Shown here in pieces: positions 38,701 through 47,246 of a DNA stretch of 64,000 nucleotides (within the stretch, counting starts at the first letter, position 1; each line of letters begins with the position of its first letter). The translations under genes and the position numbers were made by a program. A model generated the notes under the pieces. That model saw only the letters and a program-made list of their open reading frames with translations, ran no database searches and was not told the origin of the DNA. Location: the sequence record NC_070962.1. One strand, given 5' to 3'.

Positions 38701-40143
38701 AATTCTATAGTATTTACTTGTGGTTCTGATGGAAATATTACTCAAATTGGATATCCAGACAAAACAAGTCCAATTTATGATAAATTTACACAAATAAAAT
38801 CTTATACCTCAGATACTTTCACAATTGATGTTGGAATTTCACCAGAAACTTCTACTCATACATTTGTTTCTGCAGCAACTTCTGCAGTGAACTATGGTGG
38901 TGCTGGTATTTCTACAAGATTCCCAGGAAATGATGGATTAGGTTCTGACTTTGAGAATGATGTATCTTTCTCTCCTGGTACTGATGGTCCAGTTCTAAAG
39001 GGTCCTTATATTAGAAACTGTACTAACTTCATTGAAAACAGCATCGGTATGAGAATCGATGGATTTGATGCTGATCCTGGTGATAAGGATGAACTAGGTG
39101 TACAAGGATCAATGAGTGTTGACTCATTCACTCAATACAATCAGGGTGGTATCGGAGTATCCATCACAAACGGTGCATATGCTCAGTTGGTGTCTATCTT
39201 CACCATCTGCTGTAATGAGGCAATTGTAACCCTCTCTGGTGGTCAGTGTGACCTTACAAACTCCAACTCTTCATTCGGTGAGTTTGGTCTAGTTTCTAAG
39301 GGTGTTGGTGATGAGACTTCTAGCTCTAACTATAGACAAACTGCTGAAGTTGTAAAACCAGGTAATCCTGGAAGAACAGTTGAACAGGGTGTTTATGATA
39401 TTGGTGATAAAAAGGTTGTTTTGACTGGTGTTGGAACTCAAAGACCTTATGATGGTCAGACCCTATTCTTTGATGAACTTTACTACTCTGTAGAAAAAGT
39501 TAAAGTTACAAATGGGGGATCTGGATATCAAGGTGCTGTACCATCAGTTACATTTAGTGATCCATCAGGTCCAGATGGAATTACTGCACAGGGTATTCCA
39601 ATTATTGAAGATGGTGTCGTTACCGACTTCCTAGTTGCTAACTCTGGAACACAATATCAAGTCGATTCTTTCCCATCAATTACAATTGGACCACCTCCTT
39701 CTGGTGGAACTCAGGCAACTGCTGAAGTTCAAAGAATGCAACCACTATACTTTAAGGTTGCTTCTGCAACACTCCCCCATAATGGAATCTCAACTATCAC
39801 AATGAGTCAGGGACTAAATAATGATTTAACAGGTGGTGAAGTTGCATATATAACTCGTCAGAGTTTGCAAATTACATCCTCTCACTCATTTGAATATGTT
39901 GGTGCGGGTAATACAATCCTCACCGCAAGACCTTCAGTTGGAGGTATCATTATTCAAGATAATGAAGTTGTTCAAGAAGATGGTGGTCTCGTAGTTTATA
40001 CAAGTACGGACCAAGCAGGTAACTTCAGGATTGGTGATGGTATTCAAATTGACCAAGCAACTGGAACCATCTCTGGTCGTGTTTATATTAAATCATTGTT
40101 CAACAGCGTTACACCATTCATTCTAGCACTCGGAGGAAACTAA
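35707..40143 (+). CDS. large virion fibre/structural protein with nested repeats (1478 aa)
   Basis: Fibre-type N-terminus (LKRS.TAGSVP...GELAIN..DG); beta-helix-like segment; helical repeats (RY/AxDAARLI..NA.YIA.EAVGF twice); FxC / GVTTTIFPD / NVGISTIxHxY modules. One ambiguous base at 36304; TAAATA at 35662-35667. Confidence 0.7.
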   Translation: MNTSPTIRLKRSLTAGSVPSLEQLTYGELAINHYDGTVFVRQDTEGVGISTRVVTVGAGKSIGNTWFVTGAGDDLNSGLSQQDALASIKQASIYAQPGDTIKVSAGYYVENNPIVLRDNVSVEGFELRNCFVAPNNPNQDLFHINNACHLTDLAFVGKGADIGGGSKGVPSGGSEPGFLGEPMEYGKAVVAFVPLLGVAXDRYFDGARLIRQNADYIAGEAVGFLTSGFSGIAGSHRAQDAARLIDLNAEYIAAEAVGFITSVNYAGGAFTMSFGTARNCQDDIHDVLEAVAHDLRAGYKDGTQANSRSVGAAQSYFVGGALSHILGAGVSEATIAAMDRAAGIATFVINNKPYGFENVGSGVTITAFEYTPLTGVSTVTTLIGHGLSTTDHVSLAGLAFTCDTEHSGVTTTIFPDGSSPSGHIFKIDADALFNSNQFVINVGISTIAHSYTPSSGTATTVFQYSTFEQQFDTGAAAGTPLRGENVVGNGICLNVNNDITELVGIVTSAIGAGNTDSLPGITTGMRLDQNKCRRDVAKIWKSVCYDITRGGNTKVVGAGKSYYDANGNKLSILVDPDEFEQSVIALEYSKDIARRIVNNVRDGSYTIGTAFSISGANYSPTAGILTVTTNVGHGLTAKDTVKLSGLAFSCATHNNSIGVYDFQYDRQSGFSTVILDNDHGLSSGDEFELRNLTFSCGDSGLGPVVNVSNVVYDENVGIITVTTSSASGVFAGEPVQLKNIAFTCAAEHAGVTTTIFPDGSSQNNINGYGYDVFTVLAVNSATEFQVNVGPSTIAHTYDTGGTVQAGVTTTVFPDVQSNDYVFDAYVGTAGTVIYTNVGISTIEHTYASGGEVRIGVTTTIFPNGGVFGDCFEVQDYVSDTQVKINVGISTFLHVYESGGTIQKTRTFRPDIGQIRDVSIQIDSDTGNNNTVGNCKNVISAMNTAVGIATAIIEDGLRTLQEPLYLTPTSAGYNPSNGELQFTLVGHGLTTGDKIKVAPNSIVFTCGSDGNITQIGYPDKTSPIYDKFTQIKSYTSDTFTIDVGISPETSTHTFVSAATSAVNYGGAGISTRFPGNDGLGSDFENDVSFSPGTDGPVLKGPYIRNCTNFIENSIGMRIDGFDADPGDKDELGVQGSMSVDSFTQYNQGGIGVSITNGAYAQLVSIFTICCNEAIVTLSGGQCDLTNSNSSFGEFGLVSKGVGDETSSSNYRQTAEVVKPGNPGRTVEQGVYDIGDKKVVLTGVGTQRPYDGQTLFFDELYYSVEKVKVTNGGSGYQGAVPSVTFSDPSGPDGITAQGIPIIEDGVVTDFLVANSGTQYQVDSFPSITIGPPPSGGTQATAEVQRMQPLYFKVASATLPHNGISTITMSQGLNNDLTGGEVAYITRQSLQITSSHSFEYVGAGNTILTARPSVGGIIIQDNEVVQEDGGLVVYTSTDQAGNFRIGDGIQIDQATGTISGRVYIKSLFNSVTPFILALGGN

Positions 40144-40146
40144 ATC

Positions 40147-40485
40147 ATGGCAGCCGTCGCAGTCAATAACTTTAGAACAATCACTCATACGGTAACTACA
40201 GGTGCAGCAACAGACATTTATACTGCACCTACTGGATATACCTCAGTATTCCTACTCATTCAGGTAACTAATACTGACCCATCAACAAAAACATTAAGTC
40301 TCTATCACAAGAGAGAAGCAGTTGAAACAGCACTTTTAGTTGACTATCCAGTTGCTTCTAAAGATAGTTTGAGTTTACTTAATGGTAAACTTGTTTTACA
40401 GACTGGTGATAAAATAGCAATTTCGGGTAATGCATCAGGTGTGATGAAATTAGTTGCATCTGTACTGGAGACATCTAACTTCTAA
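40147..40485 (+). CDS. small virion structural protein (fibre-associated)
   Basis: 112 aa; IYTAPTGYTSV.L..QVTN and GKLVLQTGD.I motifs; lies between two fibre genes. Confidence 0.6.
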   Translation: MAAVAVNNFRTITHTVTTGAATDIYTAPTGYTSVFLLIQVTNTDPSTKTLSLYHKREAVETALLVDYPVASKDSLSLLNGKLVLQTGDKIAISGNASGVMKLVASVLETSNF

Positions 40486-40500
40486 TACGGTAATAAATCA

Positions 40501-42636
40501 ATGCAAGCACGTAAAAGGTTTTTTTCAGGTAGAGAAACATCTTTATCTTTGGGAATTAAAGATTTTTCCGCAAATGACACAGTTCTTGAAGTAACTGAGG
40601 GTCGAGTTGGTTTTGGAACAACTCAGGCTGCATATCAACTTACCGTTAATGGTAGTATGCAGTTACATAATGCACTATATGATTATAAAAATTTACCTGG
40701 AGAACAAGGTCTATCTCTAATTTCTACTGGATCTTCTGTCGTTTGGGGAACACCAGAAATTACTTTTGGTGGCATTACCGTTCAAGAAGAAGGTGTAACA
40801 GTTGGTACTGCTGGTAGTGTTCAAACACTGAACTTTGTCGGTCAGAGTATTGAAGCACAGGCATTCCTAGGTATTGCAACAATTACAGTAGATCCATTCG
40901 ATCCTGCTGGTGAAAATACTTACGTGCAGTTTAATGATAATGGATCTTTTGGTGGAGCAGATGGATTAGTATATAATGGTACTCTAAAGAAAGTTGCTGT
41001 TGGTGATACTACTTTTGGATCAGAAAACCTTTATGTAACAGGTAATGTTGGTATCAGCAGTGAACTAAATGTATTAAAAGTATTTGTTGCTGACAAATCT
41101 CCGACTTTGGCAAATGAACTTGCCAGTAAAGAATATGTTGACCTCTTCGCAACTGCGGCATTGGTCATTCAGCAGGNAGTTGCTGCTGGTACTACGGAAA
41201 ATATAGCTAATAGTGTTTATGTTGATGGTTCAACAGCAGGTATTGGTAATAGTGAATTAGGTATCGGTGCATCTTTGTATTCTAGTGCGAACGGTGTACT
41301 TGTAATTGACGGATTTAGCCCAATCATTGATGATCGTATTCTAGTTAAGGATCAGACTACAGAATATGAAAATGGATTCTATGTGGTCAAAGATCCTGGA
41401 AGTGTTTCTTCTCCATGGATTATGGAAAGAACACAAGACTTCGACCAACCAGATGAGATCGTTGCTGGTGNGTTTACCTTCGTCACGAATGGTACTGTCA
41501 ACCAAGCAAACGGTTTCGTGCTTATTGATATTGTTCCTGGATTTAACAATGGTGGTTATGTTGGTTTCTCCACACTATCCTTTACACAGTTCTCTGCTGC
41601 TGGTCAGTTAGAAGCAGGTCTAGGTCTGTATAAAGATGGATCAACAATTAACGTTGGTACTGCAAGTTCTGATCGCATCAGAGTCAATACTAATGATATT
41701 GACCTTGCAGTTGTTAACACTACAGATACATTTACAGACTCTACTGAAGAAAAGTATTTTGTGACCACAGTTCAAACTGATGGTTATGGTAGAGTGACTG
41801 GAATTACAAGTGATAAGCATCAATATGCATCATATACAGATCACGGTGTTATAAGAGTTGAACCTTTAGCATTCAGTATCAATGCTGTTTCTGGTATTGT
41901 CACTGCTGCCGATTACTTCAATGTAACTAATATCAATATGCCTCTTGGTGATAATATTGGTATTGCAACTATCAACCTGATTAAAGGATGTGAGATTGAT
42001 AGTAATGGAAGTATTTTGTCAATGCAGAATGCTAATTTCCTTGGTATCGTCACTGCAAATTCATTCTCTGGTGATGGTTCTGGATTGAGTAACATTATCA
42101 CTGGTGTTGGTCTTGCAACTGAGGGTGGTTATGTTGGTAGTGGTGCAACTACTCTGGACTTCAGAGGTCCTGGTATGGGTGTTGTAACAATTGATATTTC
42201 TAGTGGTATTGGTACTGTTAATGTTGAGGGTGGTAGAGATATTGATGAGATTGGTTCTGCAAACCAAGTTCTTTATAAAGATAATAACAATACTGCAACT
42301 ACTTCTGCTAACTTACAATTTAACGGAACTAATCTAACTTGTGCAGGAACAGTTACTGCAAACTCTGACGAAAGACTTAAGAAGAATATTGAAACTATCA
42401 CTGATGCACTTCATAAAGTAAAAAGTCTTCGTGGTGTAGAGTATGATCATAAGAATACTGGTGATCATTGCTTAGGTCTAATTGCACAAGAGGTTGAGCA
42501 AGTCATTCCTCAAGTTGTATATGAAGATGCACAAGGCACTAAGTCAGTTGCTTATCAAAATATTGTTGCACTCCTAATTGAAGCAGTTAAAGATCAGCAA
42601 AGACAGATTGACGAACTTAAGAGACAACTGGGCTAA
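40501..42636 (+). CDS. tail fibre with C-terminal intramolecular chaperone (peptidase S74-like)
   Basis: NSDERLKKNIETI..ALHKVKSLRGV.Y, LGLIAQEVEQVIP.VV, VAYQNIVALLIEAVKDQQRQIDELK. Ambiguous bases at 41177 and 41471. Confidence 0.85.
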   Translation: MQARKRFFSGRETSLSLGIKDFSANDTVLEVTEGRVGFGTTQAAYQLTVNGSMQLHNALYDYKNLPGEQGLSLISTGSSVVWGTPEITFGGITVQEEGVTVGTAGSVQTLNFVGQSIEAQAFLGIATITVDPFDPAGENTYVQFNDNGSFGGADGLVYNGTLKKVAVGDTTFGSENLYVTGNVGISSELNVLKVFVADKSPTLANELASKEYVDLFATAALVIQQXVAAGTTENIANSVYVDGSTAGIGNSELGIGASLYSSANGVLVIDGFSPIIDDRILVKDQTTEYENGFYVVKDPGSVSSPWIMERTQDFDQPDEIVAGXFTFVTNGTVNQANGFVLIDIVPGFNNGGYVGFSTLSFTQFSAAGQLEAGLGLYKDGSTINVGTASSDRIRVNTNDIDLAVVNTTDTFTDSTEEKYFVTTVQTDGYGRVTGITSDKHQYASYTDHGVIRVEPLAFSINAVSGIVTAADYFNVTNINMPLGDNIGIATINLIKGCEIDSNGSILSMQNANFLGIVTANSFSGDGSGLSNIITGVGLATEGGYVGSGATTLDFRGPGMGVVTIDISSGIGTVNVEGGRDIDEIGSANQVLYKDNNNTATTSANLQFNGTNLTCAGTVTANSDERLKKNIETITDALHKVKSLRGVEYDHKNTGDHCLGLIAQEVEQVIPQVVYEDAQGTKSVAYQNIVALLIEAVKDQQRQIDELKRQLG

Positions 42637-42661
42637 ATAATTTTATCAAGATATAGATATC

Positions 42662-44215
42662 ATGGCAAAGACCTGCAAACCAGGATATTACTGGTGCTAT
42701 ACCGACAAGAAGTGTAAAAAAATTCCTGTCGGTTGGCATGTTGGTCGTGGTGGAATGATTGAAAAAGATGATGAAGAGACCAAGAAAAAGAATGGAAATG
42801 GTGAGTCTTCTGAAGGTAATGGTGGTGAAAATGGTGGAGGAGTGAGTGAAGGAACTCTTCACAAGTGGTTCAAAGGATCCAAGTCTAAAGATGGTAAAGG
42901 TGGTTGGGTCAATGTGGTAACAGGTGGAACCTGTGCAAGTGATGAACCAGGTGAAGGAACTCCAAAGTGCGTTTCTTCATCAAAACGTGCAAGCATGAGT
43001 AAAAAGGAAAGACTTTCTGCTGCTAGAAGAAAGAAGAAAGCAGATCCTGGTCAACAACAAAAAACTGGTGCTGCTAAACCAACTTATGTTGCAACTGACA
43101 AACCAAAGAAAAAAGTAAAAGAAGATCTTGAACTCACCGATGCATATGGTGAGACTTTTGCAGTAGTACAAGACGTTATCGAGACAAAACCAATGGAATC
43201 AAAAGCACCACCTATCGAGTCATATGAAACTTATGACCTTGAAGCAATGACTGAAGGCAAGGATAAGAAAGGTAAAGGTAGTGGTACAAAAGATGCTTGT
43301 TACCATAAAGTCAAGTCCCGTTATTCAGTATGGCCTTCTGCATATGCATCTGGAGCACTAGTTAAGTGTCGTAAGGTTGGTGCTGCTAATTGGGGCAATA
43401 GCACTAAGAAAGAAGAATACTCTGATTGGAGATCAGAACTATTCAACGAGGATTGTTGGGATGGTTATGAAAAGAAAGGTATGAAGACTATGTTTGGTAA
43501 GAGATATCCAAACTGCGTTAAAAAGAAAAGTAAAAAGATAAAGGAAGATGTGGGACAAGTCAGATATTGTCCAAAGTGTGAAAAGGATGAAACTAGAGAA
43601 GAATGTGCATATGGTCCTAGATATTGGGATACATTCTCCCTACCATCAAGTCTAAAGACTACTTTTGAATCTATGGATCCAGAAGAGAGAGATGAGGTTT
43701 GTCCATACTGCAGTTGCGATCCTTGTGAGTGTGAAGGTGTAGAGATTGAAGAATCAGTAAGAGTTCCTGCAAAGACTGGCAACATCTTCTTTGTTATGGT
43801 TACTTGGAGAGGAAAAGGTTATTCTCTCAAGATGTTCTTCCCACAAGCAAAGAGACCTACCAGAAAAGAAGTTGAACTTGAAGTTCAGAAAGTCTATCCT
43901 GGTGGTAGAGTCAGATATATGGAAATTGCTGACGTAAAACCAGGTGAGCAATTCCTTCAGGTTTCTGAGGGTGCTGCTTGGACTAAAAAAGCAGGTAAGT
44001 CTGAGTCTGGTGGTCTCAATGAAAAAGGACGTAAGTCCTACGAAAGAGAGAACCCTGGTTCTGATCTAAAAGCACCTTCTAAGAAAGTTGGTAATAAAAG
44101 AAGAGCATCATTCTGTGCAAGAATGAAAGGTATGAAGAAAAAACTCACTTCTGCCAAGACTGCTAACGATCCAGATAGCAGAATCAATAAGTCCCTTAGA
44201 GCTTGGAACTGCTGA
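42662..44215 (+). CDS. modular Cys/Lys-rich late protein, probable internal head protein
   Basis: Successive short modules (CKPGYYWC; KWFKG...PKC; DACYHKVKSRY.VWPSAYASG; CWDGY...PNCV; RRASFCARM...LRAWNC), each ending in an x-x-E motif; TAAATA at 42634-42639. Confidence 0.6.
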   Translation: MAKTCKPGYYWCYTDKKCKKIPVGWHVGRGGMIEKDDEETKKKNGNGESSEGNGGENGGGVSEGTLHKWFKGSKSKDGKGGWVNVVTGGTCASDEPGEGTPKCVSSSKRASMSKKERLSAARRKKKADPGQQQKTGAAKPTYVATDKPKKKVKEDLELTDAYGETFAVVQDVIETKPMESKAPPIESYETYDLEAMTEGKDKKGKGSGTKDACYHKVKSRYSVWPSAYASGALVKCRKVGAANWGNSTKKEEYSDWRSELFNEDCWDGYEKKGMKTMFGKRYPNCVKKKSKKIKEDVGQVRYCPKCEKDETREECAYGPRYWDTFSLPSSLKTTFESMDPEERDEVCPYCSCDPCECEGVEIEESVRVPAKTGNIFFVMVTWRGKGYSLKMFFPQAKRPTRKEVELEVQKVYPGGRVRYMEIADVKPGEQFLQVSEGAAWTKKAGKSESGGLNEKGRKSYERENPGSDLKAPSKKVGNKRRASFCARMKGMKKKLTSAKTANDPDSRINKSLRAWNC

Positions 44216-44535
44216 TGAAAACCTTCAAACAATTTATGTCAGAGTCAGTCAATATCTCTGGCGACTTCAACGGAAACCTATATGTAAACTCTCAACCTGA
44301 GCAACCACAACAGGTTGGTGAAAATTATGTTGCAGATGTTACCTGGATGGGTAGCATCTATCGTCTTGAGATGGTATCCAAGAATGGTATTCCAACTAAA
44401 CAAGAACTTGGAGAACAACTACAGAAAGATTATCCTGGAGCAATGGTTCAAAACATTTATCCAGTAGAAGAAAAGAATTTCAACATTAAAAATGCAAGGA
44501 GATATCATCCTTCAAAACTAGAGTGGATTGACTGA
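44215..44535 (+). CDS. putative internal head protein with T4-type capsid-targeting sequence
   Basis: ATG overlaps the upstream TGA. The N-terminus MKTFKQFMSE resembles the T4 internal-protein capsid-targeting sequence MKTYQEFIAE. Confidence 0.65.
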   Translation: MKTFKQFMSESVNISGDFNGNLYVNSQPEQPQQVGENYVADVTWMGSIYRLEMVSKNGIPTKQELGEQLQKDYPGAMVQNIYPVEEKNFNIKNARRYHPSKLEWID

Positions 44536-44537
44536 TT

Positions 44538-45287
44538 ATGCCTTTCAAGAATTTTTTATGGGATGAAGCATGGGAACTGAATGTTTCCCGTGATAAAGTC
44601 CGTGGTGCATTTCATGTTATCAAGTTTGGAACAAATAATGATGTTGACGGTTCATTAGAAACTATTTGGGATGCTGGTGGTCTTTATACATATCTGACCA
44701 CTGCAGCAACAGTCACTGTAACTAGTACAGATGCCGACGACTCTGCTTCTGGAACTGGTGCAAGAACTGTAACCGTAGAAGGACTTGATGCAAACTATAA
44801 TCTAGTTTCAGAAACACTAACTGTTGGTGGAGGTGCAGGAACTGTTGAGTTCTATAGAGTGTTCCGTGCTTATGTTGCATCAGCTGGTTCTAGTGGTAGT
44901 AATGAAGGAACTATCTCAATTTCTTCTGGAGGAACAACTCTTGCACAAATTCGTGCTGTAGGTTCTCCAACTCTCAGAGGATTGGGTCAAACGTTTATGT
45001 GTCTATATACAGTGCCAGCAGGATACACTGGATATATCTTTGACTGGAATGTTTCAACTGCAAAAGCAGATGGTGATGTGTTCTTATTGAAGAGACTTGT
45101 CAATGATGGTGCATGGAGAACACAGGATTCTATGCATACAAACATTAATTCTATTGAGAGATCTTATAAGTTTCCACTAAAAATTGAAGAGAAAGCAGAT
45201 ATTGAAGTTAGAGCATTATCTCCAACAAACAATATGAAGTGTGCATCAACCTTCTGTATTCTGTTGGTACAAAACAACGATACTTGA
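44538..45287 (+). CDS. conserved hypothetical (probable structural) protein
   Basis: 249 aa, Thr/Gly-rich: KFG.N.DVD..ETIWDAGGLY, GARTVTVEGLDANY. Confidence 0.65.
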   Translation: MPFKNFLWDEAWELNVSRDKVRGAFHVIKFGTNNDVDGSLETIWDAGGLYTYLTTAATVTVTSTDADDSASGTGARTVTVEGLDANYNLVSETLTVGGGAGTVEFYRVFRAYVASAGSSGSNEGTISISSGGTTLAQIRAVGSPTLRGLGQTFMCLYTVPAGYTGYIFDWNVSTAKADGDVFLLKRLVNDGAWRTQDSMHTNINSIERSYKFPLKIEEKADIEVRALSPTNNMKCASTFCILLVQNNDT

Positions 45288-45294
45288 GTGAATT

Positions 45295-46947
45295 ATGAGT
45301 GACGTATATCTTGGTAATCCTAATCTAAAAAAAGCAAATACACCTCAAGAGTTCACAAAAGAACAGATTGAGGAGTTTATTAAGTGTAAAGAAGATCCCG
45401 TATATTTTGCAAAGAATTACGTTCAGATCGTTACTCTTGACCATGGTCTCCAACCATTCAAGATGTATGACTTTCAGGAAAAGTTAGTCAATAGATTTCA
45501 TAAAAACAGATTTAATATCTGTAAGATGCCACGACAGACTGGTAAGTCTACAACGTGTGTGTCTTATCTACTTCACTATGCAGTCTTTAATGACAGTGTA
45601 AATATTGGCATTCTGGCAAACAAAGCAGCAACTGCCCGAGAACTTCTCGATAGGTTACAGACTGCTTACGAGAACTTGCCACGATGGATGCAACAGGGTA
45701 TTATATCCTGGAACAAAGGTAGTTTGGAATTAGAAAATGGCAGTAAGATATTGGCAGCTTCTACATCTGCAAGTGCTGTCCGAGGTATGTCGTTCAACAT
45801 CCTCTTTCTCGACGAGTTCGCGTTCGTCCCAAATCACATTGCTGACTCGTTCTTTGCCTCTGTTTATCCTACTATTACGTCTGGTAAATCAACGAAGGTA
45901 ATTATTGTTTCTACCCCACACGGTATGAATCATTTCTACCGCATGTGGCACGATGCGGAGAAAGGTAAAAACGAATATGTCCATACTGATGTTCACTGGT
46001 CTGAAGTTCCTGGTAGAGATGCAAAGTGGAAAGAACAGACTATTGCGAACACATCAGAACAGCAGTTCAAGGTTGAGTTTGAATGTGAGTTCCTAGGATC
46101 CGTTGACACACTCATTGCTCCTAGTAAATTGAGAACATTGGTGTATGATGCACCGATGCATAAGAATGCGGGTTTAGATGTATATCAATCTTCTATAGAA
46201 AATCATGATTATGTAATGACTGTTGACGTTGCAAGAGGAGTTGGAGAAGACTACTCTGCATTCGTCGTAGTTGATATTACAGAGTTTCCTCATAGAGTTG
46301 TAGCAAAATATAGAAACAATGACATCAAACCGATGCTGTTTCCTAATATCATCTATGAGGTAGCAAAGAGTTATAATAGTGCATATATTCTATGTGAAGT
46401 AAATGATATTGGAGATCAGGTAGCAGCAATTCTACAATACGATCTTGAGTATCAAAACCTTCTGATGTGTTCTATGAGAGGTAGAGCAGGACAGATTGTT
46501 GGACAAGGATTTTCTGGCAAGAAGACACAGCTAGGTGTTAAAATGTCTAAGACTGTGAAGAAAGTCGGATCACTCAACCTCAAGACTCTGATTGAAGAAG
46601 ATAAACTCATCTTCAATGACTATGAGATCATCTCAGAGTTGACAACATTCATCTCAAAGCACAATTCATTTGAGGCAGAAGAAGGTTGTAATGATGATTT
46701 GGCAATGTGTCTTGTCATCTATGCCTGGTTGGTTCAGATGGACTACTTCAAAGAGTTGACTGATCAAGATGTTCGTAAGAGATTATATGAAGAACAGAAG
46801 AATCAAATCGAACAAGATATGGCACCATTTGGATTTATGTCCGATGGTTTAGAAGATACTAGTTTTGTTGATGCACAAGGAGATCGTTGGTCAAATGCAT
46901 CGATTGGTGAATATGGTGATATGTCATATATGTGGGACTATCAGTGA
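45295..46947 (+). CDS. gp17: terminase large subunit gp17
   Basis: Walker A PRQTGKST, Walker B LFLDEFAF, VSTPHG, nuclease motifs VDVARGVGEDYSA and NDDLAM. No intein or intron visible. Confidence 0.97.
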   Translation: MSDVYLGNPNLKKANTPQEFTKEQIEEFIKCKEDPVYFAKNYVQIVTLDHGLQPFKMYDFQEKLVNRFHKNRFNICKMPRQTGKSTTCVSYLLHYAVFNDSVNIGILANKAATARELLDRLQTAYENLPRWMQQGIISWNKGSLELENGSKILAASTSASAVRGMSFNILFLDEFAFVPNHIADSFFASVYPTITSGKSTKVIIVSTPHGMNHFYRMWHDAEKGKNEYVHTDVHWSEVPGRDAKWKEQTIANTSEQQFKVEFECEFLGSVDTLIAPSKLRTLVYDAPMHKNAGLDVYQSSIENHDYVMTVDVARGVGEDYSAFVVVDITEFPHRVVAKYRNNDIKPMLFPNIIYEVAKSYNSAYILCEVNDIGDQVAAILQYDLEYQNLLMCSMRGRAGQIVGQGFSGKKTQLGVKMSKTVKKVGSLNLKTLIEEDKLIFNDYEIISELTTFISKHNSFEAEEGCNDDLAMCLVIYAWLVQMDYFKELTDQDVRKRLYEEQKNQIEQDMAPFGFMSDGLEDTSFVDAQGDRWSNASIGEYGDMSYMWDYQ

Positions 46948-47168
46948 TGGATTTTGATGAGCAGATTAAATTAGGACATCTGTTACTATATGATAGAGAA
47001 TGTAGAGTTTGTGGTCAATCTAAGAATCTTGTAAGTGAGTTTTATAGAACTCGTAAAGATAGAGGACCAGTAGCATCTTCATACTCATATGAGTGTAAAG
47101 AATGTACGATAAAAAGAATTATGAGGAGTAAAAAAAGTGATAACTTATGGGAATATCCAGATTGGTAG
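46947..47168 (+). CDS. small Zn-finger protein (CxxC...CxxC)
   Basis: RECRVC...YECKEC; ATG at 46947 overlaps the gp17 stop. Confidence 0.65.
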   Translation: MDFDEQIKLGHLLLYDRECRVCGQSKNLVSEFYRTRKDRGPVASSYSYECKECTIKRIMRSKKSDNLWEYPDW

Positions 47169-47206
47169 TTCACGTCTAGTTTCCCACTCCAAAAGTAAGT
47201 TTTTAA

Positions 47207-47212
47207 TAAATA
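47207..47212 (+). promoter_or_regulatory. late promoter core for gp18
   Basis: TAAATA in the intergenic gap, 34 bp before the gp18 ATG. Confidence 0.6.
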
Positions 47213-47246
47213 TTTTTTAGATAAACTGAAACACACGGAGAAAAAC

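Noticed and set aside
12534-41823. Many 60-152 aa minus-strand or alternate-frame ORFs inside gp7, the VrlC-like gene, gp13, gp14 and the fibre genes
   Set aside because: These are expected shadow frames of long Gly/Thr/Val-rich genes; none has an RBS, promoter or motif.
40501-42636. C-terminal chaperone on the tail fibre as a novelty
   Set aside because: Peptidase S74-type intramolecular chaperones are well described on phage fibres; kept as a feature only.
35707-45287. Separation of gp16 and gp17 by about 9.6 kb of other genes
   Set aside because: Insertion of fibre and accessory genes between gp16 and gp17 is a familiar arrangement in T4-like cyanophages.
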